From positions 6,611,909 through 6,675,908 of the forward strand of contig CM074804.1 in NCBI GenBank assembly GCA_037447605.1: a DNA stretch of 64,000 nt, in the 5' to 3' direction. The position numbers and the translations under genes are program-made. This DNA comes from Zygnema circumcarinatum SAG 698-1b. Lineage: Eukaryota > Plantae > Zygnematophyceae. Below are positions 24,049 through 36,200 of the stretch, one piece after another (the first letter of the stretch is position 1; each line of letters starts with the position of its first letter). Under the pieces are notes generated by a model that saw nothing but the letters and a program-made list of their open reading frames with translations, was not told where the DNA came from and ran no database searches.

Positions 24049-27000
24049 TTACCCCCCTCGTGAGGATGTGAACGCCTCGCTCACGCCAGGGGTAGTAAAG
24101 GCAACCAGAGGTTCAACGGCACGCCAACTCTATGATAACCGGGAGGGCTCAGCCGATAATCCCGGGCCAAGTCCCTTCCGAGTTGCGCCGGGATCTGCTC
24201 GTGAAACCCCCGCGGTCGCCCTCGCCGCTTCTCCCGCTGCCTCGCGCCCCCAAAGACAAGTTGATGAGCCTTCCCGGCAATTGGTTGCTGTTCTCGGCTT
24301 CCTACAGGCTATGTTCAACCCCATAGCCCAACCACTTCACGGTATTCTGACTCGGAAGAGCCACTTTTCTCACACACGGGCTTGAATGGTTTCAACTTCA
24401 TACTCAAGTTCACCTTCAAGTTCCACTGGTGGGGGAGGTGGTTGGATCCTCCCATCGCTACGGTAGACCTTTAGCAAACCCACATGAAAGACCGGATGCA
24501 CCTTCATGTGGGATGGTAAAGCCAACCTGTAAGCGGCATCATTGATTCGCTTCCCGACCCTGAAAGGTCCGATGAAGCGGGGCCACAGCTTACGTATTCC
24601 GCCATAAGCTTTGAGTCTCAAGTTCGCTTCGTACTTTGAAGTAACACTCACCGCTTTCGCTGAAGGCGAAGTTAAATGGTGACGGTCAAGATAGGCCTTT
24701 TTGTCGCGACCGGCCGCTAGCGTGGTTCCGCCGTGTTCTCCAAGTAGCCGCATTAGTCGGACAAAAGATTCTGGACAAGGAGGTCGTTTCCACGCCCCCT
24801 CGCCTGGGATCGGGTTTCGTGGACGTTCATGTTCCACCTGGACGTGGACCGATCCCTTTGCTGCGGGATTTAGAGGATGTCAGCCAAAGTTCAAGAAGAA
24901 AGGGGTGGTACCAATGGACTCCTGGTAAGCATTATTGATGGCGTACTCTGCCACTGGGAGCAGTTCGTCCCACCCATCCGGGGTAGGTCCCACATAATGC
25001 CGGAGGTAACCTCCGTAAACTCGCTCTCACCGCTCCGGCTCCGCCATCGGTTTCATGGGTGAAAGTCAGACTTCAATCACCGCCATCCCAACGCATTTTT
25101 GAGCACTTCCGGCCCAAACGGGCCAGAATCGCTGGATCACGGTCGACACAATTTCGATCGAAGACCATGTCGGGCTCCACACTTCGCTGACACAACCAGG
25201 TAACTTCGTCAGTCCCAAATTGCCTTAGTAGTTGGTGCAAAATGCACCATCTTGCTGAGCCGATCGACAAAGACGAGGATGGAGTCATGCCCCCGAGGTG
25301 TCACAGGAAGATCTGTGATCAAGTCCATACCCACACTATCCCATTTCCGACAAGGAGGTGTGAGGGGTCGTAGCTTGGCCGTGGATCCCCGCCAAAGGCG
25401 GGGTTTGTTTCATGACAAGTTGGACAAGCGAGTACATACGCTTTCAAAACCCACGAGAGTCCAGGCAAACAGAACACTCGGAGTAGTGCCTCACGGGGTT
25501 TGGCAACTCCTATGTGACCTCGGAACGGAGGATCATGTAGCTCACCCAGAATGAGCTGCCGTACAGTCCCGGCCGTGGGCACGACCAACTGCTGGCCGTG
25601 GTACCAAAATCCGCCCTAGACACCACTTTGTCCTTATGTACCATTACCTTGGCCATCCAGAACAAAGTGATCATTTTCAAGATAATTCTCCCCGGATCAT
25701 CCACCGGTTCGAGATCGTGAGAGAGTAGAGGGTTGGATCATACACCGGTGGAGGATCTATGACAAAGCATACCGAGACGGAGACTGGGCTGGCCGCCTCA
25801 CCTTCACACTGCTCCACCAACACTGAAGCCCATCGAGCGCACTATCCGTAAGATGTCAGGTCAGCCTACCCGCTGGTCGCTGTTATCTGCCTTCCGCCGA
25901 TAGACCCACCGCGCCAAACCTTTCGAGTGAACTCGCACCGCGTTCGCCGCCCAGACAAGGTCTCTGGTAGAGAGAAACGCCGCCGGCGGTGGTTAGCACC
26001 CACGCGGACTGCCGCCTCTAAACAAGACCGCCACGCCCTCGGGGAGTGCTGGACCATCAAGTAGCTAGCCTCGTTTCGCTGCGTAATAGTTGGCGCCACG
26101 GATTCATTTTTGGCGACTTTCTATACGCCGTAGGTTGACCATTGAACAAGACGCGGGCACCCAAGGCTTAATCCCGGCTATCACAAACCACTTGCTAAGG
26201 TTTGGACGGGTCCGCTAAAACGAGAGCCGGTGCGTAACAAGTGTAATGGCGCTATCACCTTCAATGCATCCCCGCATTCGGGTCCATGTAAAGGGGACAA
26301 TCGAACGCAGTCAAATTAGCTCGGCGGGAGTAACCAACTTTACTAAACCCTTGACGTAACTTTACGAAAATAATTCGCAGCCCGCAGGTGCGACCTCAAC
26401 CGGCTTAAGTCAGCCGTGGTGGCTTCGTTTCTACCACAAACTTTGGCGGTGGTCAGTCAAGGCTCCCGAATATTGAGAATATGCCTAAGATAAAGCAACT
26501 TCGCTACCGCATTTAAGCGACATCTCTTCCTCTTGGCATAAACCGGTGTTTCCTCATGGTCTCAAACACTTCCCGAACGTGTTTAAGATGTTCCTCCTCT
26601 GTCTTACTGAAGACAAGGATATCATCGAGGTAAACCAAAACAAACTCGTCCATGCCGATGAACATCTCGTTCATGACAGCTTGGAAAGTTGCCGGAGCAT
26701 TAGTCAGTCCAAAGGGCAATACCTTATATTGGAAATGACCAATCGGCGTCCTAACGCTAGTTTTGGCACATCGCCTCGCGACGCCGGATCCGCCGATGGT
26801 ACCCCCAGCAAGATCGAGTAGGCAAATGGCGCTCGCGGAAGACGATCCAAATGCATCATCAATACGCGGGTAAAGCAAACCGTTTCATTTTGATTCGTTG
26901 AGCGCGCCGACAATCAATGCATATCCTCAACGCAGCCATCTTCTTCCCAACAACAGCATGGGCGCTCTAAAGGGGCTTTGACTGGTTCTATCCCCGCCTT

Positions 27001-27760
27001 TGTCACGTAAAGTTGCCAACTGCTTTCGCATCTCCTCGGTTTCTTTCGGACTTAACCGATAGATCGGCCGCCAAGGCGGCTTTTGCTCAGGCTCAAGAGG
27101 GATTGTGTGCCCCACTCCTCTAGATGGTGGCAACCCTTTTGGAAAGTCGTCAGGGAAAACATCCCTGAACTCATCCAACAAAGGTTGGATTTTGGGTGGA
27201 ACGGCCGAGAGTACATCCGTAGATGTGATCCGCCATTCCCGATTCGCCACAACATCCTCGGCCGCCATGACATGCACTACGAACAGTGTGCAACCTTCCT
27301 TAATCAAGCGGCCAATTGCATAGCCGGTGCAATGATAAGGAGTAGTGTACGCTGATGCCAGAGGATGTGGCTCGCCAGGTAGGTCACTGGCCACCACCGC
27401 TAATGCAACGCGACTTAAAAAGTCCATTTGTGCCTTGACCATGGTTAACCAAGCACTCCCCTAAAATAACATCGGCATCAGGCCACAGTAGAAGACACCG
27501 ATCAGCCTCGAGGTGTGATTGGAGCTTGATCTGAGTAGCGACGCCACGAGATCCGCTCAAGGCTCATCCCCGAAAAGTAACACTTTCGAATGGGACTCGC
27601 GCGTCAACCCAAATCTTCAAGCGAACGCAGAACTAACAAAGTTAGCATCTGCCCCAGTATCTAGCAGTAGAACTGCTGGGTGGCCATTGGCTGACCCGAT
27701 GAAGGTCATGGCACGATGGGCAAGGTGGAACATAGATCGCACTATATGCGAAGGTTGAGG
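23375..27760 (-). mobile_element. Degenerate, 5'-truncated chromoviral Ty3/gypsy LTR retrotransposon (PR-RT-RH-INT-chromodomain)
   Basis: Protease LLLDTGADANFVS (~27650); RT LPFGLTNAPATFQ...VYLDDILVFS (26513-26878); integrase HHCC ELHD...GHIGV...CPTC and WDSVGMDLITDLP...VDRLSKMVHF (~25250-25590); KLWPRFIGPFRV; chromodomain EYEVETI...VKWLGY (24300-24440). Many frameshifts and stops. Confidence 0.93.
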
Positions 27761-28049
27761 ACGGGCCGTCCTCCACACCAATGTGTAGGGTGATCCAACC
27801 AGCAAGCTGGTGGATCCTTCCATCTCTTGCACCAACTTGTGCGCTTTCCTCAACTGTTTCACCAACCGCCAAGTGGCGCCTGGAAAGGTGCGAACTGCCA
27901 TGTGCTGAGGAACCAGCACATGCAGCGCAAGGATATGGGATGTGTCCCGCATGACATGCATGGCATTCATGGCACAATTCACCAAGACATCATTACCCAT
28001 GACATTGAGGATAAACACATGCCATTGACCATGCATCACCACATCCCTA

Positions 28050-28390
28050 AACCCAGGAGGAGTCACTACAGTGGCAGGGGAAAGAGAAATGGAAGAAGGG
28101 AGTACATCAAACACAAAAAGATCTTGCACTCCCAAAGGCCTGCCCACCAAGTTAAGCATGTCCAGGGTTCTAAGAAANNNNNNNNNNGAATGTGCGCCAA
28201 AGCGAACAAAGGACCTCCTAAAGGGTCGCCTTGGCGGGTCCCGGTCGCAGACTCCAAGGTCGCCACTCCACCAGATGCATCGCCAAGAGGAAAAAGGAGC
28301 GGGCTCGAACGAGAATAAAATGTGCGCACAAAAGGAAAAAGGGACGCAATCGGTGCAGGGGCCTCTCGTAACTCGCGAAAAAACTCGTTT
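28050..28390 (-). pseudogene. Fragment of non-LTR retrotransposon reverse transcriptase (CRE-like by motif)
   Basis: LFPFVRTFYS...LESATGTRQGDPLGGPLFALAH contains the QGDPL (RT motif B') signature of non-LTR elements. Interrupted by a 10-N gap at 28178-28187. Confidence 0.7.
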
Positions 28391-28406
28391 ACTCGTGTAT
28401 AAAACC

Positions 28407-28686
28407 CAAACGCAACTGTTAACATCCGTACAACCAGACATAGAGTCGTACGGAATTTATGTACGAGAAATGTGTACGGAACTATACGGCCACACGTGTC
28501 ACACGTGTGACCCGTCACACGTGTTGAGGTGCTGGTTGGCCAATTACCAATCTCCGTTCAATTAGCGAGAAATCAAAAGAAAATACGTTAAATACATATA
28601 AAATACACTGTATTTTTAAAATGGTGTATAATACATGCGTATTATACAGTGTATTAATACACGCGTTTGATACATACGGATCTATA
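28407..28686 (+). repeat. Third, diverged copy of the B module
   Basis: AACGCAACTGTTAACA...CGTACGGAA(T/A)TTATGTACG...AAATACACTGTATTTTTAAA...GTATTATACAGTGTATTAATACACGCGTTTGATACATACGGA is shared with 22590-22945 in the same orientation. Confidence 0.85.
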
Positions 28687-30317
28687 GTCTTGAAGGGCCT
28701 GGTGGATCTCTTCAGCGCTTCGGAGCCAGAGCTGCATCAGAGCAGCTAGAGGCATTTCGGTGAGCGCTTCGGAGGTGTTCATTCATTTTTTTGCTATGTG
28801 TGGGAATGTCGTGAGGGGGTATGGTGGAGAGGGAGCAGTATGGATGGGTTTCTTGTATGCATCACACGCTTGAAGCAGCGAGAAAAAGTTAGGTCATGAG
28901 CAAATGGCAGAAATTCAAGCGGGATAGAATGGAGTGGACTGATACTCAGACATGCAAGAGGAAGCTCCAATTCCACTCGGAAGGGGGCGCGCTATTGAAA
29001 TAAAAATCAGTGGTAGATAATGAAAATTGTCGGTTATGCAGAATAAGCTTCGTTGAGTTGAACACTCCCGCAGAAAGCGTTGCAGAATCTACATTTAAAC
29101 TTCAATGTGAAATGATAGTCCAATATGTTTAGTCACATATTGAACTTTCGAGATATTGATGCTCATGAAAGGCAGGAAGGTTGGTCTTATCCGACGGACA
29201 CTTGTTAACTAGAAGAGATTTTCTATCTTCATGCTCATGGTGCAAGGCATTTTACCATCGCATTTTCGTTTTTTGTTTGCCGAACTATCCCTTGGGAGTC
29301 ATAATATACTTAGGAACCTGGCGTGAAATGGGTGTGAGAAAATGACGTAGTATGTAGAGTATTAAGACAAGCCTATCATGTATCACATTATTGGTCCTCT
29401 TTTATGCTTGTAGAGTCTTTTGTTGGTGACTTTCGACACTGGATGTGTCGGAAAATCAAAAAAACAGAAATCATCATCGTGGATCTGCATTGGCTTCCTT
29501 CTGCGAGCTGTGGCAAAGTTGTGAGACAGTTGTGATTCATGTCTCTTATCCTTTGTGTTGCAGCGGGAACTGGGAGTCAGTAATTTTTAGTCACAACTTA
29601 ATAGTCCTGAGTACTGAGTCGTTTCTCTCAGGAACATTTCCTGTGGAGTCCTTTGCCTTTTGCTTGTTCTCCAGGAGCATCGTACGTAAACCTCTCCAAA
29701 GTAATGCAAACGAAAGCCCTGAAGCCATAAAGTTTGAAAGGTTGTTGCGTGAGATGGAATTACACCTGCGAAAGCGCATGCTTTGGAGAAGGGGCCAAAG
29801 GGTCAAGGGACACTGAAGTGCTTCTGAGGCTGGCCCAACTCTCCTAGTGCTCAAAATGCGGCTAGTAAAGTGCTATGGAGTTTGGCATCGTATTGCACAT
29901 GTTTGTATGTCTTCCTCTGCAGCCATTACACTGACAAGCACAGAAAGAAGTCAACTCAGGCTGTCTATATCGGATAGTTTATGAGGTTATGAAGTGAGGA
30001 TATCGAGCTAGAGGGGGTTAGACTGTATTATCGTACCACTTATTGCGATATTTGATAGCAACGGAAACAAGAATGTGTCTTCTCCGATTTCCTGCTTTTT
30101 CCCGTCCTTTCTCGAATGACGAAGTCCCTTCAGTCAGTGGTGTCAACCTTATTGCTGCATTAAATGCTGCCGTGCAATGTGCGCACGAGTTGCAGATGCT
30201 CTTTTATCTCTTCTCTTTTGTTGCATGTTCAACCACTTTTTCTTCCAGAGGTCTTCCCGCTCTTTTCCACTGACTGCTCCATATTTGGGCTTTGGTGCTC
30301 TGCCAGGTGTAGGCGCA

Positions 30318-30818
30318 ATGACATCTTGTGGACATTTTCATCCTGCACTTCAATCAGGGACCATCTCAAATATTTCCTCGTTCTTACCTTGTGTCAGAGT
30401 CAGTGGCAGGCCTATCCATCCTACCTGTAGAACTCCTTCGGCTGCTCTGTTTGGAACTTCTAACAAGGGGAAAGAGTGGGTGGGCATCAACAGCCTGTGG
30501 ATGAGAGGGATCTCCCAGGAAGGAGCTTTAAAGGGACCGTTGAATAGAGGATCATGCTTCAGGAAAGTGAACGACTGCCAACGAATAAGTGCGACTGGGG
30601 AAGGAGGAGGGAGTGGTTCTCCGGAGCCGAAGGATGAGGCCAAGGTGTTGATGAATAAGATCGAATCGTATTTGGGGAGCATTTTTGCCACCCCCCTTTG
30701 GTACGCAGTATTGGTGCTTACCATTGCTCTTTTTGGTGGGTTTTATGTTTACCTGCTTATCAATTATGCGGACTTTTCAGATATTCCAATTTTGAACGGA
30801 CCACAGGGCATTCGATAG
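30318..30818 (+). CDS. Hypothetical 166-aa protein, transit-peptide-like N-terminus and one C-terminal TM helix
   Basis: Intronless ORF from ATG 30318. The N-terminus is Ser/Arg-rich and acid-poor up to RISA|TGEGGGSG, followed by the hydrophobic segment IFATPLWYAVLVLTIALFGGFYVYLLI. No family recognised. Confidence 0.5.
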   Translation: MTSCGHFHPALQSGTISNISSFLPCVRVSGRPIHPTCRTPSAALFGTSNKGKEWVGINSLWMRGISQEGALKGPLNRGSCFRKVNDCQRISATGEGGGSGSPEPKDEAKVLMNKIESYLGSIFATPLWYAVLVLTIALFGGFYVYLLINYADFSDIPILNGPQGIR

Positions 30819-31792
30819 TTAGAGTCAAAACAAACCTTGCAAGGTACTGTAAATACTGTTATTCCGTGGAGGAGGTTGGCACGTTTGTTTTACAGTTTCT
30901 TTTGGTTGACTTTGTAAGGCTGGTAAAAGTGCGACTTGCAGCAGCAGAATTTGTTGCAAAGCAACGTAGGAGCTGCGCTGTTCGTCCCGCAGCTAGTTTT
31001 TTTTCTAAGGCTGAAATTGGTCTGGACTGCCGCTAAGAAAACCTGTATTCTCCTTCAATTGCCTGTAAGGGATAGAGTGGGAAAGTTCCGCACAAATTCT
31101 AGCACTTGATGGTTTCAGCGATGCCCACCAGGCGGGTGCGAAAACATGCTGGCCATGCTCTGTACCCTATGTTGGCCATGCACCATGCCTGCGGTGCACA
31201 GGCCCAATGCCAAAGGCCTCACGCCTGTGCAGGCAAACGCAGTCAGCGGCTCAGTGATTAGCATTGCTTGCATGCGGACTACGCAGCGAAGGACTGATGA
31301 AGGGGTGTCGGATGGCTGTATCCTTTCAAACACGAGACACTCCACTGGTAAGAGTGAGGTTGAGTTAATGGGCAGTGGAGTGTCGTCAGTCCGCTTCTCC
31401 ACCGCCTCCTCCGGAACAGTGTCTGTCTGTCTGTCCTTGCCTCAGTCCGCATGTGATGGACGAGCGTGCCACCGCGATGCTGACTGCAGACCACTGCGCC
31501 AGAGACCGGCATTCAGTTCGGAGTCTGGAGCCGGCGCTGCCAACATGATGGTGTCAATCCGACATGATCCCATAGTCCGCTCCCGCAGCTGGCACCATCA
31601 ATCTATCTACTGTACCTCATCGCCCTCCGACTGACGGACGGCGCCCCGGCCCGTCCGTCGCCGCGAGCCGCAGGTCGCCTTCCAATTCGCCGCCTCCCTC
31701 CTGCAGGGCCGCCGCCCGCCCGCCGCCGGATTCGCATTTCGCAGCATCGCCGTTTGAAAGGGCCCGCCCGTCCGTCCGCATGCTCACGACGG

Positions 31793-32164
31793 CCAATCAG
31801 GAGCCACCGACCACCCGTCGGTCAGTTCCGTCGGTCGGTCAGGCTGCGCCCATTTTGGTCGTTATCTGAAGGTATCTCCTTTTCGCCGGCGTATCGGCTG
31901 TGACCGGCATAACTTGCCGGCGTCTGGCTGCCACCGCTGGCGCCATTAGGGCCGTTACCGAGCTTCTGCCGGCCGGCGGAGCTGCCGTACACACTGGAGC
32001 CTGCAGCGCCGGCACATTCTGTCGGTCACAGCCGATTCCCCGGCGACAAGGAGATATGCTTGCGCTGGTCGCAAACGACAAGCTCATCGCCACGTGGCTC
32101 CAGCCCCAGCCCTAGGGGTCATTCCCCCTGGCATCGCTTGGAGTGGTCGGTGGCTCCTGATTGG
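31793..32164. repeat. Nested inverted repeats: perfect 22-bp outer IR enclosing a 184-nt hairpin
   Basis: CCAATCAGGAGCCACCGACCAC (31793-31814) is the exact reverse complement of 32143-32164. The inner arms 31873-31909 and 32020-32056 pair at 33/37. Confidence 0.85.
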
Positions 32165-32379
32165 TCAGCATTATATTCTTGCGGGCCACATCGTACGAGC
32201 CCGCCAATACGGTACCGGTAGGCTTTCTCCGTCGTGCCGCTATTTTTTTTTTTTCAAAAAAAAAAGAACGAAAGGAAAGTAAAAGTGGATTGGGATACGG
32301 CGCGCGATTGCGAGTACGGTCCAGTCGGGGCTGCACGCGTTCAAAATTCAAATACTGTACTGAACTGTATGCGGCTTGC

Positions 32380-33200
32380 TACTCGCTGTACGGCCGTGCC
32401 GTTAGCCGCAGGGCCCGGGCCTGCGAGCCGCGGGTTTCGCGGGGGGCCCGCGGATCCACTCCGAATCGGCCCCCCGCCCCGCATCTGGGGAGGGCCGGAG
32501 AGAACCGCCCCTGCGCCTGCCGCCACGTGGACCTAGAAAGGGCCAATCGCGGGCCGCCGCGCCACGTGCCCACCTCCCCTGGCGCGCCCCCGCCCCGCCC
32601 CGCCGCGAGGCCAATCAGAGAGGAGGCTTCCCCGCCAGCGCGGCAGCCAGCCTGGCCTGCCGCCCGCTGGCCCTCCCTTCTATGCGCGAGATCGGAGCCG
32701 TCGCGTTCCGCGGAGCACAGAACGGTTGGAATGAACGGAGCGGCGCGCATGGATCTCGGCCTGCCCGCCCGCCGCCCGCCCGCCGCCGCCCGCCCGGGCG
32801 CATTATTATCCGCTCCGCGGGGCCGCTCCCGGGCGACGTGACGTGACGTGGCGGCGAGACTCCCCCGACAGGCGAAGCGGCCGCTGACGTCACAGCCGGA
32901 CTTCCCGCCGGCGTGACGTGACGCGCGGTCGAGGCCGTCAACTGCTAACCGGCCCTGTCACGTCACGTCACGGAGCTGGGCGGCGACCTGCCCTGCTGCT
33001 GCTGGGCCGACTGGCGCAGTCCGGGCGGGCACCCTTCGCGCAGGCAGGCAGGCGGGCAAGCAGGCAGCAGGCTCCTGCGGGGGAGGGAGGGAGGGAGAAG
33101 GGGGAGGGACACGGCCGGGAGGGAGGGAGGGAGGGAGGGAGGGGGGGGGGCTGGAGGAAGGGAGGGAGGGAGGGGTGGGATAGGGAAGGAGGGAAACTGG
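32380..33200. promoter_or_regulatory. CpG/GC-rich promoter region of PI4K beta with CCAAT, G-box/ACGT elements and a (GGGA)n tract
   Basis: GGCCAATC x2, GCCACGTG x2, repeated CGTGACGTG and GCCCGCC boxes, and a (GGGA)n tract at ~33085-33175, upstream of ATG 33253. Function is inferred from position only. Confidence 0.45.
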
Positions 33201-33252
33201 TTTTATCTGGGAGGTTGTTGTTTTGAGCCTGTTGCGACTGCGGCAAGTCGCG

Positions 33253-36200
33253 ATGGTGTTTCTTCTTTCAGGAATTCCAAATCCTGCGCCTCGGGAAGTC
33301 ACACAGGCTCCAAGTTTCTCCAACGATGGAGGATGGCTTCTCCGTTTTTTTGATTCAGCGTTTTTCTGCGAGTGGATTGCTGTCACTTATTTGTACAGGT
33401 AAACTTACTTTTTTTTTGTTTCACTTCTCTAGTTCATCGATGTCTTCCAGCTGCCAGGGACGATTTTATGGATAGCTGATAGTTGGAGCTGATATTTATT
33501 TGTTTTACATGGAAGGGAAACACCAATCAGTAGAATACTTACCCCCATGTCTACTTCGATTCACACCATATCCTTGATGCTTTTTTTACATCCATTATAA
33601 AGCCTGGCCTTCAACATTTGACAGAGCCAGGGGCACTTACGTTCAGAGGTAACGGGATAAACTGAACTGGAGATATGACTGAACTGGAGATGTGACTGGA
33701 GACTGGAGATATGAAAAAGCCACCTGATCCTGCATGTTTTTGAAAGCCCGACTGTTAGCAACGTTGTGTAAACTTTAGGTTGATGACGACGCCGTGCTTT
33801 TGGTTCCATGCTTTCAATCAAAGTGGTCCAGCACTTTGGAGCCCTTTCTCGATTAAGACTTTACCATTGCGAAATTCCATTCTCTTCATAGGATAGCTTG
33901 GATTGAGCATCAAATTCTTTGCAGCGCATACCGTGTATTATGTTAGCGGTTCCATATGAGCTAGGACTAGCGATGCTTGGCAGCAAGAGTAGTTGCCTTC
34001 TTTAGCGAGTTCGAATATGAGGAAACAGAGTTTTGTGCTTGAACAAGTCGTGAAGAAATCGCCACTGTACAGGCTACGCGCCTCCCCTAGGCTAAGGAAA
34101 CAAGTAGTAAATGACGTTTTCATAGACCTGAAACCGAGACAGGCGGAACCAGAAATTATATTTGCATATTGAGTCTGGCGCGCATGCTATGTCCATCAGA
34201 AACTTGGTTCGCCCTGTTGTAGGAGCCTGGTTACTAGCATGACCAAAGCATGACAAAGCTCTTGAAGGCACGTGGTTTTTGCACAGCCTGCGAACCTGAT
34301 ACTTAGGCTGCCGTGTCGGTCGTACAGGCTTTAGTTGGCCAATTGCTTTCATATACCTCGCAGCTCAGTTGCATGCTAAAGCGCCTCAAACGGAATATGT
34401 ACCATCGGTTGGATGAGCAGTGAAAGGGTCACAGCGTTATCATAGAGCTAATTTACTCCTCCTTTTCGCTTACTTTAGGGACGGTACCAAGATGTGTATA
34501 TACTGGTGTAGGATGTACAGTAAAGGGGCATCTGACGAATGCTTCGAAGTTTTCAACTCTTGAGCAGAAGACATGGCATACTTGCTTGTCGGATTAATAC
34601 CCTGTTGGGGATAAGGGCCGGGATTTGCGTCCTAGAGACTAAAACAAAAAAAAGGGAAGTTAGTGTTGTGAAGGTTGAGAGCTTGGTTGCAGCTCTGTTG
34701 AAGGTAAACATTGACGCTTGGCTGTGTGGTGCATCAGACATGAACATGGTGGAGTCCGTGATTACCTCTGCAATAGAATGTATACGCTCCCTGTACCTGG
34801 TATGGAGGACTATCTTTTTCAACTATGTCACATGGCTGTTCAAAAGCCCTCCCCAAGTTTGGAGAAGTACATCATTGACGCATGCAGCAAATCTCTACGC
34901 CTCAGCCTAAAGGTAGGTGACCAGCCGTGCAGACAGAGTGGGGGATGGACAGGGATCATGTGGAGTGAGACGAACTTTAGAGTCATAGAGTAGTGTTTAT
35001 CTTTACTTTTTTGACAAGCAGACGAAAACTGCGAAGTTAACATGTATCACATAGTTGCTTACTTGCATACACAATGAGGGAGACAGGGAGTCCAGACTGT
35101 TGGCGGCGTTTTCTAGCAATGAAAGTTACTTTGTATCATGTCCTTTCTACATGTTTCTTGCAACCACTTTCTTGCAATTCTGAGAAGGAACTCTCCTCTC
35201 CAGTCTTTCCCAGTACATCCTTTCCGGCCTTAATGCACAGTCCCTTTGCTGCAACAGGTTCACTGGTTTCTGCAAGCTGAGGGTGAAGACATTGGTGATG
35301 ATGAAGATATTCGATCTCTGCAAGACAACTGCCAAATGGCTGCACTAGAAGGAGGTTGGCCGCCTCTCACTTGCCCTAATCCTCCCACGTGCATGCTTTC
35401 TGGCCGAGGGCGAATGATGAGGCTGGTTTCTTCGGCTTCTCGAAGGCTGCTTCCTTTGTCCACCCCTGGGGGAACGAGCAGTCGGCCTGCTCCTACTGCT
35501 GCTTCTGCCATCTTAGATGAAAGTGGGCCAGAGGTTGCACCTGGGGCAATAGCAGCAGCGGACCCGGAGAATTCAATGAAGCTTCTGCGGAAGCTTATAC
35601 CTGGTCCCAAAGTTCAACAAATGAGAGAGGCATTTTTTCGGAAGTTCATGAAGGAAGAGGGTGGTGAAGAGGAGATGGGTAGTGAGAGGGCCATTATGGC
35701 CGGAAGCTTGGAGTTGATGGGGGGAGGAACACCTGTGGAGAGTACGACACTAAAGGAAAATTTGCTCAAATATTTTCGGCGACGAGAAGGGGAGAAGGGA
35801 GAGGGAGAGGGAGAGGACGCAGAGGAAGCAGAGACCCCGAAGAAGGATTCCTTCTATACAAAATACTTTCGGAAAGGCAAGGAGGGTGACCTGGAGGAAG
35901 GAGGGGAAGGAGAGGATGTGGAGGTTTCATTGGAAAGTGCTAAATCGAAGGAAGTTTTCTTTGGTAAGTTTTTCTGGAAAGGCAGTGGTGAAAAAGGGGA
36001 GGAAGGGGAAATCATTGAGGACAAAGGAAGGGGAGGTGTGGAAGATTCTCCAGTCACTGATAGCCTGTTCAAGAGGTTATGGGGGGAAAGAAGAGCAGGA
36101 GAGGAAGTAGACAGTGAGGATACTGGAGCTCATGTTCTGGCCGAGAGGGGGAGAACGAAATCCTGGAGATTGGATGATGAGGGTTTTTTTCGGAAGTTGT

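Noticed and set aside
22244-28686. B modules as the two LTRs of the gypsy element
   Set aside because: They lack TG...CA ends and PBS/PPT adjacency, occur three times, and a proper PPT-adjacent LTR is found at 23375-24048.
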